Of a stretch of DNA of 64,000 nt, positions 37,844 to 47,814 are shown piece by piece (the first letter of the stretch is position 1; each line of letters opens with the position of its first letter). The position numbers and the translations under genes are program-made. The DNA is from Mobula hypostoma (taxonomy: Eukaryota): positions 23,808,001 through 23,872,000 of the forward strand of contig NC_086108.1 of the NCBI RefSeq assembly GCF_963921235.1, written 5' to 3'. The notes beneath the pieces were generated by a model that saw only the letters and a list, made by a program, of their open reading frames with translations, did not search any database and was not told the origin of the DNA.

Positions 37844-39072
37844 CTGCGGGCCTTTGATTATGTTGGGTCGGGGGAAGTTGTGGACTGCGTCTACCTTGGC
37901 GGGCAGCGGGGTTGCCCCGTCTTTAGTAATCCTGTGGCCCAGGAAGTCAATGGTGTCGAGTCCGAACTGGCATTTGGCTGGGTTGATTGTAAGGCCAAAT
38001 TCGCTCAGGCGGGAGTAGAGCTGGCGGAGGTGGGACAGATGCTCCTGCCGACTACTGCTGGCTATGAGGATGTCGTCCAAATAGATGAATGCAAAGTCCA
38101 GGTCGCGTCCCACCGCGTCCATTAGCCGCTGGAAAGTCTGTGCGGCATTCTTTAGACCAAACGGCATTCGGAGGAATTCGAAAAGTCCGAACGGGGTGAT
38201 AAGTGCTGTTTTGGGGATGTCGTCCGGATGTACCGGGATTTGATGGTATCCCCGGATGAGGTCTACCTTGGAAAAGATCCTTGCGCCATGTAGGTTTGCT
38301 GCGAAGTCTTGAATGTGCGGCACAGGGTAGCGGTCTGGAGTTGTAGCCTCGTTCAGTCTGCGGTAGTAACCGCATGGTCTCCAGCCCCTCGTTGCCTTGG
38401 GCACCATGTGAAGGGGGGATGCCCATGGGCTGTCGGACCGTCGTATGATCCCCAATTCCTCCATCTTCTTGAACTCCTCCTTCGCCAGTCGGAGCTTGTC
38501 CGGGGGAAGCCTTCGAGCATGGGCGTGGAGGAGTGGTCCCTGGGTCGGGATGTGGCGCTGTACTCCGTGTCTGGGCATGACTGCCGTGAACTGCGGTGTC
38601 AGTACTGATGGGAAATCTGCCAGGACCCTGGTGAATTCATCGTCGGACAGCGTGATGGAGTCCAGGTGTGGGGTTGGCAACTGTGCTTCACCCAGGGAGA
38701 ACGTTTGAAAAGTCTTGGCGTGGACTAATCGCTTCCCTTGCAGGTCAACCAGTAGGCTGTATGCTCGTAGAAAACCCGCCCCCAGGAGTGGTTGGGCCAC
38801 GGCGGCCAGTGTGAAGTCCCACGTGAATCGGCTGGAGCTGAACTGTAGCCGCACCATGCGGGTGCCGTAGGTTCGTATTGTGCTGCCATTAGCGGCCCTC
38901 AGGGTGGGTCCCGGTTCTCTGTTGCGGGTGTCGTAACTCGTTGGAGGTAAGACGCTGATCTCCGCTCCGGTGTCGACCAAAAAGCAGCGTCCCGACTGCT
39001 TGTCCCAGACGTACAGGAGGCTGTCCTGATGGCCAGCCGCCGTAGCCATCAGCGGCGGCTGGCCCTGGCGTT
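37844..39072 (-). CDS. pol: Gypsy pol (aspartic protease + reverse transcriptase), 3'-truncated, in the -1 frame relative to gag
   Basis: LVDTGAEIS, SPWASPLHMVPK, MPFGLKNA, YLDDILI, KCQF...FLGH. Confidence 0.95.
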
Positions 39073-39076
39073 TCCC
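39031..39076 (-). promoter_or_regulatory. Programmed -1 ribosomal frameshift signal
   Basis: G GGA AAC (39076-39070) in the gag frame, 5-nt spacer, 12-bp stem GGCCAGCCGCCG/CGGCGGCTGGCC. Confidence 0.85.
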
Positions 39077-39753
39077 GGGAATTTGCAGGGTGGTCTGCAG
39101 CAGCGGGCCTCTGTGCCCCACCGCTGGTGGTAGAAGCACCATTGTTCGTTGGGCTCCTCACTCCCGTCGCCGGGTTTTGTAGGCTCTGCTGCCGGGCCTG
39201 GTCTGGTCTGTTGCTGGGCACGCAGCTTGGTGATCTGTGCGACGGATGCCCCTCTCTCTTTCCTGGCATTCCACAGCACATCTGCCCGGGCTGCCACCTC
39301 CCGGGGGTTGCTGAAATCTGCGTCGGACAGCAGCAGGCATATGTCCTCGGGCAGTTGCTCTAGGAATGCCTGCTCAAACATGAGGCAGGGTTTGTGTCCT
39401 TCAGCCAGGGCCAGCATCTCGTTCATTAATGCTGACGGCGGCCTGTCTCCCAAACCATCCAGGTGCATTAAGCGGCGTGCTCGTTTGCGCCGTGAGAGTC
39501 CGAAAGTCCTTATGAGCAGGGCTTTGAATGCTGTGTATTTGCCGTCCTCCGGGGGCAACTGTATAAACTCCTCAACTTGTGCAGCAGTCTCCTGGTCGAG
39601 AGAGCTCAGCACGTAGTAGTAGCGAGTGGACTCCGAGGTTATCTGCCGAATGTGGAATTGTGCTTCTGCTTGTTCGAACCATAGATGGAGTCGCAGCGTC
39701 CAGAAGCTTGGCAGTTTTAATGAAACTGCGTGAACAGATGCTGCGTCGGTCAT
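39049..39753 (-). CDS. gag: Gypsy gag
   Basis: MTDAASVHAVSLKLPSFW...WFEQAEAQF...CFYHQRWG..A.CC.PPC; uninterrupted ORF just downstream of the PBS. Confidence 0.92.
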   Translation of the reverse strand: MTDAASVHAVSLKLPSFWTLRLHLWFEQAEAQFHIRQITSESTRYYYVLSSLDQETAAQVEEFIQLPPEDGKYTAFKALLIRTFGLSRRKRARRLMHLDGLGDRPPSALMNEMLALAEGHKPCLMFEQAFLEQLPEDICLLLSDADFSNPREVAARADVLWNARKERGASVAQITKLRAQQQTRPGPAAEPTKPGDGSEEPNEQWCFYHQRWGTEARCCRPPCKFPGNARASRR

Positions 39754-39778
39754 CTCTGATCCAAATATCGTTTGGGCT

Positions 39779-39791
39779 GTCGGGGTCACCA
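39779..39791 (-). promoter_or_regulatory. Primer-binding site complementary to the tRNA-Trp 3' end
   Basis: TGGTGACCCCGAC, 2 nt after the LTR terminal CA. Confidence 0.85.
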
Positions 39792-39793
39792 AT

Positions 39794-40079
39794 TGTAGCG
39801 GTGTGCTACATACAGCGCTAGAATAACCACACGTAGTTGGTGAGTTAGAGTTGCGATGAAAGAGGTTTATTCAAACTTCGCGGCCTGCTTTTAAGCCTTC
39901 CCGTTCCCGCCCTCCCTGGGGCGGGACAACTGTGGGGAATGCATATTTGCAGACTCTTTCCGCGCGCGGGATTTTCCCCCTGCTGGTGAAGATGTCCTGG
40001 CGCCCTTTTTGGGGCCGGCCCTCTGCCTGCGCGCGCTGTTGTGAGCCAGTTCGTGGGTGCCAGAAAGTGGGTCGCCACA
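39794..40079 (-). repeat. Gypsy 5' LTR (286 bp)
   Basis: TGTGGCG...CGCTACA termini; internal AATAAA on the minus strand. Confidence 0.9.
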
Positions 40080-40959
40080 AGTTCTTAAATTCTCGCTTCC
40101 TTTTCATTTTCATTGTCGGTTGACAAACAGTAATAAAGAAAGGCAAGGTTTATTTTGATAGCAATGTTTATTTATTGATCAATTGTCACATTGTATGATT
40201 TACTCAATTGGGAGAAGTGTAATGATGGATATTATCACTCAGGTTTTATCAGTGCTGATGGGATTCATTCATGGTAAGTTTGAACAAAGAAAGATAAACC
40301 CCACTGCCTCAGAGTTATACCTTCAACAAATGAACTAAAACAGATTCAGCAGAAATCTCTGCCTGGACAGCAGCGGAGTTCCCAATGCATTACTTGAACC
40401 AACACTGCAGCTGAAGAGAGAATAACTTCCCTGTACAGTATTAGAACATTTGAATTAAAATGTATGCTCCGTTCATTCTTTTTAAAGACACCATTGCTAG
40501 CATCAAGTATAATTTCATGTATCAGAGATGTGGCCAGGTAGAATACAACATGATCAATAGCCTGCTGATGATCCTGTGTAATTACACTTTGTTACAATTT
40601 CCAAGGGAACTAATTAACAAGGATAGGGATATTTCACTGCCAAAAGTAACAGATAGGAGAGCTTTTATTTCAAGAAGATATCATGCGAATCTGAAGGAAC
40701 CAATCAGTGCACTCTTCTGGTGAAATGGGTCTTCAGTTCGTGATTGGTTTGATATATTCAAGTTATTGAGCAGCACTTTGGACAGTTTGCATATGAGGTC
40801 AACAGTGTATGAATTGAAATTCGAAATCGGTACTCTCAATGTGAAGCTGATTATTGCTTGTGCATAATGCAATTAGTCCCACTGTGAAAATATGCCTTTT
40901 CTCTGGTTAATATGAAGATGACTGCATTAAGTGGTTCTATCATCATCAACCACGGCATG

Positions 40960-41130
40960 TTGAATGTCCAGTGCCACTCTGAAGGACTGCTGCTTTGTTG
41001 CAGATACCATCATTCACATGACACCCCGAACCAAAGGGGCCAAAACCTTATTAACAGGGGAGGGACAGATTTACAACCCAAGCCGATTGCACCCTTTTGG
41101 AGGACAGTGAAAGTGCATGTTCCTTTGGGG
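40960..41130 (+). mobile_element. Ancient Deu-domain SINE relic
   Basis: CCAGTGCCACTCTGAAGGACTGCTGCTTTGTTGCAGATACCATCATTCACATGA resembles the Deu domain. Confidence 0.5.
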
Positions 41131-41239
41131 AATACAGCCAGACTTTCTGGTAAGATAAAGGCATGCCCAGATGCAGCGGCTTCTACAGGGTCAACCAAAG
41201 CTGTTATTGTATTTTTTTAAACATATGTTCTATGATCAC

Positions 41240-42800
41240 AAGAACCTGTTGGACGTTAGCGGTATGGAATGCTGCAAGTCCGATTCACTTGCTTATTTGC
41301 AAACGGTGGGGGCAGACAGCAGGATAGCTATATAGCCTCAGAGTTGGTTCCTCCACCAGAGTGCTAGAGGGAGTATGGTACAGTGTCCATGCTAGAGACA
41401 TTGCTATCCCCAGGTGCTCACTTGGCAGAAGACCAGCTGCATTGTGTTTGACTGCAGACTGCTGCAATGTTAAAGGACTCAGGGACTTGGACTATGGATA
41501 TTTTTGTGTGACTGTATGTTACTGTTATCTTGTATGTGTTATATGTGGCTTGTGCTATGTATGACTGTTGGTAGTGTGATGGGGTCCTGAATTGCCCCTA
41601 TGAGCTGTGCTTTTGAAAAGAGAGAGAGAGTTGTTCAACACCAGACACCTTGTTATTAAGAGAGAGAGAGAGAGGCGAAGACTGCTTGGAAATGGTGTTA
41701 TGCTTTCTCTGCAGCATGTTTACACTTTGCAAGGACACTGCCAACTTCTGTGTTCTTACAGAGAGAGAAGGGAGGAGCTACTTGATGGACAGCTGGTGTT
41801 CACACGGTGAGATAAATAGAAAGCCAGCCGATAGACTGACAGACACATGGTTTTGGACAAAAAATGAGCTCTGTTGTGCCCACAGAAAAGGTGGGTTTGG
41901 AGGATTGATCAGGCAGATCGATCAGTGGCTCTTGCAGTATGAAAAGGTTATTACTGGTGGGGAGTTATTCATGTCCAATTCTCTCCTGGGTTGATAATTC
42001 CACCACAGAAGAACGGTCCCCTTTGTTGTGGTCACAGTCGGTGACTTCTAAAGGATTTCGGAGGACAACGAGAAGATCGACGGCGTCAGCTCACCTGAGG
42101 ACTCAAACCTCTCTCTCTCTCCATCACTATTCAACTCAATACCACGAACTAAACTGAATTTACTCATTATCGTAAGGCTATCTATTTACCCCTAGACTTG
42201 AAGAAGCTTGAAGTTTTCATATATTTCCACAGTTATAAAACAGGTTAGCAATGATTAGATATGTATATATCTGATTTTATATTACTGTATTGCATAGTTA
42301 CTAATAAATACCATTAGATAATAGCAATACAGGACTCCAAAGTGTTTTCCATTTCTGCTGGATCTTTAACCCGCCACGGGTACATGGCAGTACTGTGTTT
42401 TGCATCTTGGCCCCAGAGTTTAGCTGTTTCATTTGGCTGTCCTCTCTGCGAATTTTGTGGCAGTTTTGACCCGCTAATATGATAAACTGAGATCAAGGCT
42501 TGGAGTTACTCTGACTGCCCCTGTGAGCAGATCTAAGGACTCAGTGTGGCTCAGAATGCTGTCACTTGCATCTGTTGTTTGCATGATGTGTGTGTGTGTT
42601 TTCTCTTCCTCTTAGCAGTGGTTATGGTCTTTCCTTTAATTGGGTTACTCAGGTTCCTTGCTTTGTGGCTGCCTGTAAGCAAATAAATCTCAAGGTGTAT
42701 AATTTATACATTTCTTGATTATAAATATGCTTTGATGTTTGATGTATTCATGGGTATTCACATATGGTTGAATCACAATTAAACTTGAACTTGAACTAAG
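41240..42800 (+). mobile_element. Family D SINE-like element split by a solo LTR and another tail fragment
   Basis: GACTGTTGGTA|...|GTACTGTGTTTTGCA continuity across the LTR; tail AATTAAACTTGAACTTGAAC. Confidence 0.6.
41575..42389 (+). mobile_element. Solo LTR
   Basis: TG...CA termini, GTAG/GTAC near-TSD, AATAAA near the 3' end. Confidence 0.65.
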
Positions 42801-43084
42801 ATCATGACTGTGCATGACTCAGCTTCACAAGGAAGAGACAGAGCAAGGGTCCAAGGGCAATAGTGGTTGAAAACTCAATAATGAGGAGAATAGACAGATG
42901 ATTTTGTGGTTTTAGTTGTGAGTATAGGACAGTGTATTGTCTCCGTAGTGCTCGGATCAAGGATGAAAATGTGGCAGGTAATGCAGAAGGAAAGACTTCA
43001 GAGTTCTGAATCACTGTGTTCACTTCTGGGGAAGATGGGACCTGTACAAGCCAAAAATATTGTACCAAAAATTTGTTCCAAACT

Positions 43085-43520
43085 TGTTTTGTAACTCCAA
43101 AAATATAAAATCAAAAGAAAATTTTAAAAAACTACAGAGCTGGGGATAGCATGTCTACTCTGCTCTTTACTTCAGTGGGGCACACCCTTTCGATGTGGTG
43201 GCATAATGACGTATGCCGTTCATGAACTTTTACATATAACCCGTAATGAATTATATAAACAGACAAAGAATGCTTAATCAAGCAATATATTTATAGCATT
43301 ACTCTAATATTACTGAAATATTAAATTCACAACACTCCTGCTTAGCTATAGACTCCAATATAGAATACATCTCAGCTATATACACTGTATACTATACAAT
43401 ACAACTACTACATACATACACACACAACATAGTAAGTTCTAAATTCTCCTATTCAAGCCTGAAGTTTTAATTGCTGCGGAGGATTTTTTATTCTTGTGGG
43501 ATAACGTCTTTCTTGAAAAG
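43085..43520 (-). mobile_element. Mag-family Gypsy 3' end (end of pol, PPT-like tract, 3' LTR)
   Basis: QERRYPTRIKNPPQQL; AAGCAGGAG before the LTR start at 43334; LTR similar to 13379-13616. Confidence 0.75.
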
Positions 43521-44711
43521 GAGGGTCACTCTGGTGGGGATAGCCTATCACTGAATAAACAGTACTGTGGGCATAGTGGTCACTATATAACATGGGTACA
43601 GTACTGGTGGAGATAGGCCTATAATTGTATAAAACTAGGGTACTGTACTGATGAGCAGGGTCTGTTACAGTATTAAGCACAGAACTGTCACTCTAACACT
43701 GGTGAATAATGCTGAGTAAAAGGATTTGTTTCCAACCTAATTTGAAGAACTTTCAACTTATTCTCCTTCCTTTGTGTGTTAGCATGCACCTTACTGCATC
43801 CCGGTGTTACCTAGCGACAGACCTGTGCGCACCAGTACCATATCTGAGTGCTATAAAGTGACAGACCTGTGCTCATCACTATCCATATTGCACCCCAATA
43901 TTATATAAGAACAGATCTCTTCCTGTCAGTATTGGATTAGGACTTGAGCCTGTCATTACCCATGGCTCCTGGGATTCTGTTCTTCTTTAGATCTGTGTTC
44001 CAAGGAGACCATGTGACCACAGTAGAGTGTAGTGAGGAGTGTTACATCCTACTTTAACTACAGATCCTACAGCATTTGTCTCAGTCCTCATGTGCATCTG
44101 GATTGTTAAGGCAGCTGACAATCCAGTTTTCATGAGCCAAAAGTGAGGAATAGGGTCTATATAAATGGGCAGACCAATTCCATGGGCCAGATGTTGTACA
44201 CCACAAGATGTGGTCTGATTTTTCAGCTGGGCACTATTTCAATAATAAGCAATAGCTTCTCAACATATTTCAAATAACTTTCGGGCTTCCACTAAACCAT
44301 TACCATAGGTGATAGCCAGTTATGTGATTATATTTAAGTCAGTGAAGTATTTGGGGAAATTTTATGGGTATGAAAAAGGTTTCATAAATATCATTCTGTG
44401 AAGAGACACTAAACTGGATGAAGAATTTGCAATACAATTAAAAGATAAGAACTGGGTCAATTAACATTCTCAATGAGGGCAGTTTAATATATCTAGAAAG
44501 AACGAGAAATGAGTAACTCATCACATGCGGGTCAAACTAATGCTCTGCAAACTCAGAACAAACAATCTCTTCTGAAGATCACACCTGCCATTAGAATGTT
44601 ATTTGAGAGTTTATATCAAGAGCTAAAAAAAGCAACATAAACATAACAGTTCCTGACTCTGCCGTTGAAACAGGCAGAGTTAGACAAATGTTGCACGTAC
44701 TTTAAATAAAA

Positions 44712-45385
44712 ATACAGAACACTAGAGCACAGTATAGAGTCTTCGGCCCAAAATATTGAGCCAACCTTTTAACTTACTCCAAGATCAATCTAACCTTCCC
44801 TCCGACTTAAATCTCAATTTCTCTATCATCCATATGCCTATCTAAGAGTTTTTAAAATGCCTTAAATGTGTCCAGGTCTAACACCAACCCTGGGAGAGTG
44901 TTCCATGCACTCACCATTCTTTGTGGGGAAAAAAAACTTACCTCTGACATTTCCCCTATACTTTCCTCAAATCACCATAAAATAATACCTATTTGCATTT
45001 GACATTTCTGGCTATCACTCGACTTATGCCACTCATCATCTTGCACACCTCTATAAAGTCACCTCTTAACCTCCTTTGCTCTAGTACGCTCAATCTACTT
45101 TCATAAGGCATGCTCTCTAATCCAGGCAAGATCCTGGTAAATCTCCTCTGCACTCACTTTAAAGCTTCCACATCCTTTCTGTTATGAGGAGGCCTGAATT
45201 GAACACAATATTCCAAGTGTGAATATAGAACATAGAATTTTGAAACGTACAGCACATTACAGGCCCTTCAGCCCACAATGTTGTGCCAACCATGTAACCT
45301 ACTGTCTGTGGCCTAACCTGGGTTTAATAGATCTGCAACATTACCTCACAGCTCTTGAACTCAATTTCCCAACTAATAAAACACT
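44712..45385 (-). mobile_element. Decayed CR1 3' portion with a nested short CR1 end (~45222-45303)
   Basis: GTTCCATGCACTCACCA, GTAAATCTCCTCTGCAC, CACAATATTCCAAGTGTG CR1 motifs. Confidence 0.8.
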
Positions 45386-46347
45386 AGAAGCTTGTGCTTG
45401 TGTGTATGACAGTTTAGAGATTCAATTCATTGTACTGTAGCCTACCCCTAACCACCAAAAATGGAATGAGTGTGTTTGGAGTAATGCAGTGTTGTGTGTG
45501 GAAAAATTATGAAGTACAAATTCCACTTCTCTAAGTCAGAACTTCTGAAAATGTTACATACAATTACAGAGATTCAAGCTGGTATTTAACTCAGTTACTG
45601 TCTATCAGCCTCGTGCATTGGGGTAATTGGGTTCTGACAGCAACGCAAGAGTTGGTAGGAGTCAGGGGTATAAATTAGCACTGGTAATAATTCATGAACC
45701 AACAATGAACTTAAAGGTAAACATTTCCCACTCTCTTCTCTTGAACTTCTGGACAAAAGCACAAGACATGGCAACTTTTTTTTTGCCATGTATAACCTGT
45801 AACTTCTCATTCTATCCATTCTCTTTCATCTTACACAGTTCAATTCTGTCATATGTTCACAGCTTGAAATGTTCCTCCCAAACTTGGTGCCTTGTACTGT
45901 TCTGAACTTCTCATTAAATGCAATGAAAGATGATGCCCACAAATGCTTTAACAATTTATAAAGTATGGAAAAGGACGATGTGTACCTGACAGAACAGAAG
46001 GCACCATACTGCAAGTAAATTAATCCCAGATTTGTACCCCTTCTAAATATTCTTGATGATGATTACATTTGGCTTGAAAACAGTGGCAAACTTTCAGGCT
46101 TTCTTAAAAATTATTTTGACTGCTTGATATTGTTGAGCAAAATGTTTTATTTCGACTTATGGAATGCTTGCAAATAAAACCATGTTAATGCAAACTGGTA
46201 TTATGAATACAGATATCCTTGTGAAAATAACAAACAATCACCATCCTTCCCTTTATTTCATAAGCCTCAGACTCATAAAGCACCAAAACAGGCATTTTAG
46301 CTCATTGATCTTCAAAATCCCATCTACAACAATCCCGTTTTACTTAC

Positions 46348-46455
46348 CCATGTCACCAGCTTGGTCAAAATTATCAAATGCAGCAATAACTCAAAACAGT
46401 GCACCGAATTGTCCTGCCTGCCTTCAGTGCACAGTGCTTTTGTATATAAATGGGC
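46348..46455 (-). CDS. Candidate 108-bp symmetric exon (AHLYTKALCTEGRQDNSVHCFELLLHLIILTKLVTW)
   Basis: Acceptor CTCTCTGTTAG, consensus donor GG|GTAAGT, only phase 0 is open. Confidence 0.25.
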
Positions 46456-46909
46456 CTAACAGAGAGCATTCTCCTTTTAATGCAGAAACTGATGGACTAT
46501 TCCAGTAATGGATTTCTCCTCATCACCTCCAAGTTAGTTGTATCTTGAACAAACAATGCAAGTATTAGAACCACACGGCATAGAATGAGGCCATGCAACA
46601 TCACATTGTTCTTGCATTGACAACATGAAATGATACTAAATTAGATCAAGTTTCTCCATACTAATGTTCTGCAAACTCAGAACAAACAATCTCCTCTGAA
46701 GATCACACTTGTTATTAGAATGTCATTTGAGAGTTTATATCAGGAGCTAAAAATGCAACATAAGCATAACAGTTCCTGACTCTGCCGCTAAAACAGTCAA
46801 AGCTAGACAAATGTTGCATGCATGTTAAATAGAATACAGAACATTAGAGCACAGTATAGATTCTTCCGCCCAAAATGTTGAGCCAACCTTTTTACTTGGC
46901 CACGTGTGT

Positions 46910-47112
46910 TGGGCATGTGGCCAAGTGGTAAAGATGTTCGTCTAGTGATCTGAAAGTTGCTAGTTCAAGCCTCAGCTGTGGCAGTGTGCTTGTGTCCTTG
47001 AGCAAGGCACTTAACCACACATTGCCCTAGTGTCTGTGTGAGGAGTGGCGCCCCACACAGACTTCCAATCTGCACCTTGTAAGGCATGCATGGTCTGAGT
47101 CAATGTTCCCCC
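46910..47112 (+). mobile_element. tRNA-derived SINE with CORE-like segment
   Basis: A-box TGGCCAAGTGG, B-box-like AGTTCAAGCC, GTGTCCTTGAGCAAGGCACTTAACC. Confidence 0.8.
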
Positions 47113-47699
47113 TTCTCCATACAAACTTGACAGATTTTCTGCTTCAGATATTTGTTCAATTACTTTTAAATATCAGTCGTATTTGAATCAATCACAATTT
47201 TCAAGTGTTTTAGACCTAAGTAGACCTTTGCACAAGGAAACTTATCTTTATTCCTCTTAAGAAATTTCTCTAATATATTTATGACTGCAATCTCCAGCCA
47301 CCAACCCATTTGCTGGAGTCAACTATTTTCTCACCATTGCATTTCTTATGAGCGTGCAGAGTTGTGAATACATTCATTAGATCTACCCATTATCCACAGA
47401 GCTAGAAGGAGAACAATCTCTCTATTTAACTGATGTCCCTCATCCCTGTACTCATTCAAGTAAGCCTCCTGTGCAGTTGCTTCAAGGAATTCAAAGTTGT
47501 ATGTGTTCGTGATAAGAGCAATGGTGAGAAATAGCTGATTAATACTGGGGCTTCACAGTGAACTGGCATAGAGTCAATGGGCTGAATGGTCTCCTATGCC
47601 ACAAAAGGATATGATAAAATATGGTAAGTACATTTCTGATATCACAATAGTAATCATACATCAAACACATCTCACTAGTTATAAATCAGAATCAGAATC

Positions 47700-47761
47700 T
47701 GTGGCGGTAATGCACCACTAAGCCGGGTGCCAACCACGGTAAAACAAGAAGAAGAAGAAGA
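47700..47761 (+). mobile_element. ~60-bp 3' end of a Nimb/I-like LINE inserted in a Rex-type tail
   Basis: GGCGGTAATGCACC...GCCAACCACGG then (GAA)n tail; splits AATCAGAATC|AGGTGTATTATCAC. Confidence 0.5.
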
Positions 47762-47814
47762 GGTGTATTATCACTGACATGTGATGTTGTTTTGCAGCAG
47801 CTGTACGATGAAAT

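Larger units (their letters stand above)
37844..40079 (-). mobile_element. Young Gypsy LTR retrotransposon, 5' half only
   Basis: LTR, PBS, intact gag, protease and RT; GC/CpG-rich; ends abruptly before RNase H and integrase. Confidence 0.97.

Noticed and set aside
37236..38018. 260-aa ORF as a novel fusion protein
   Set aside because: CR1 RT read-through into antisense Gypsy pol across a breakpoint; it lacks the catalytic YADD region.
37880..39821. Plus-strand and alternative-frame ORFs over the Gypsy element
   Set aside because: Shadow ORFs of GC-rich gag/pol with no recognisable motifs.
41010..41198. Possible minus-strand exon
   Set aside because: Overlaps a Deu-SINE-like relic and has no convincing donor.
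45598..46008. Micro-exon YGAFCSVR plus exon SSREESGKCLP... on the minus strand
   Set aside because: Weak donors and no homology; too easy to obtain by chance.
46910..46985. tRNA gene
   Set aside because: A/B boxes are present but no acceptor stem closes, and it continues into a SINE body.
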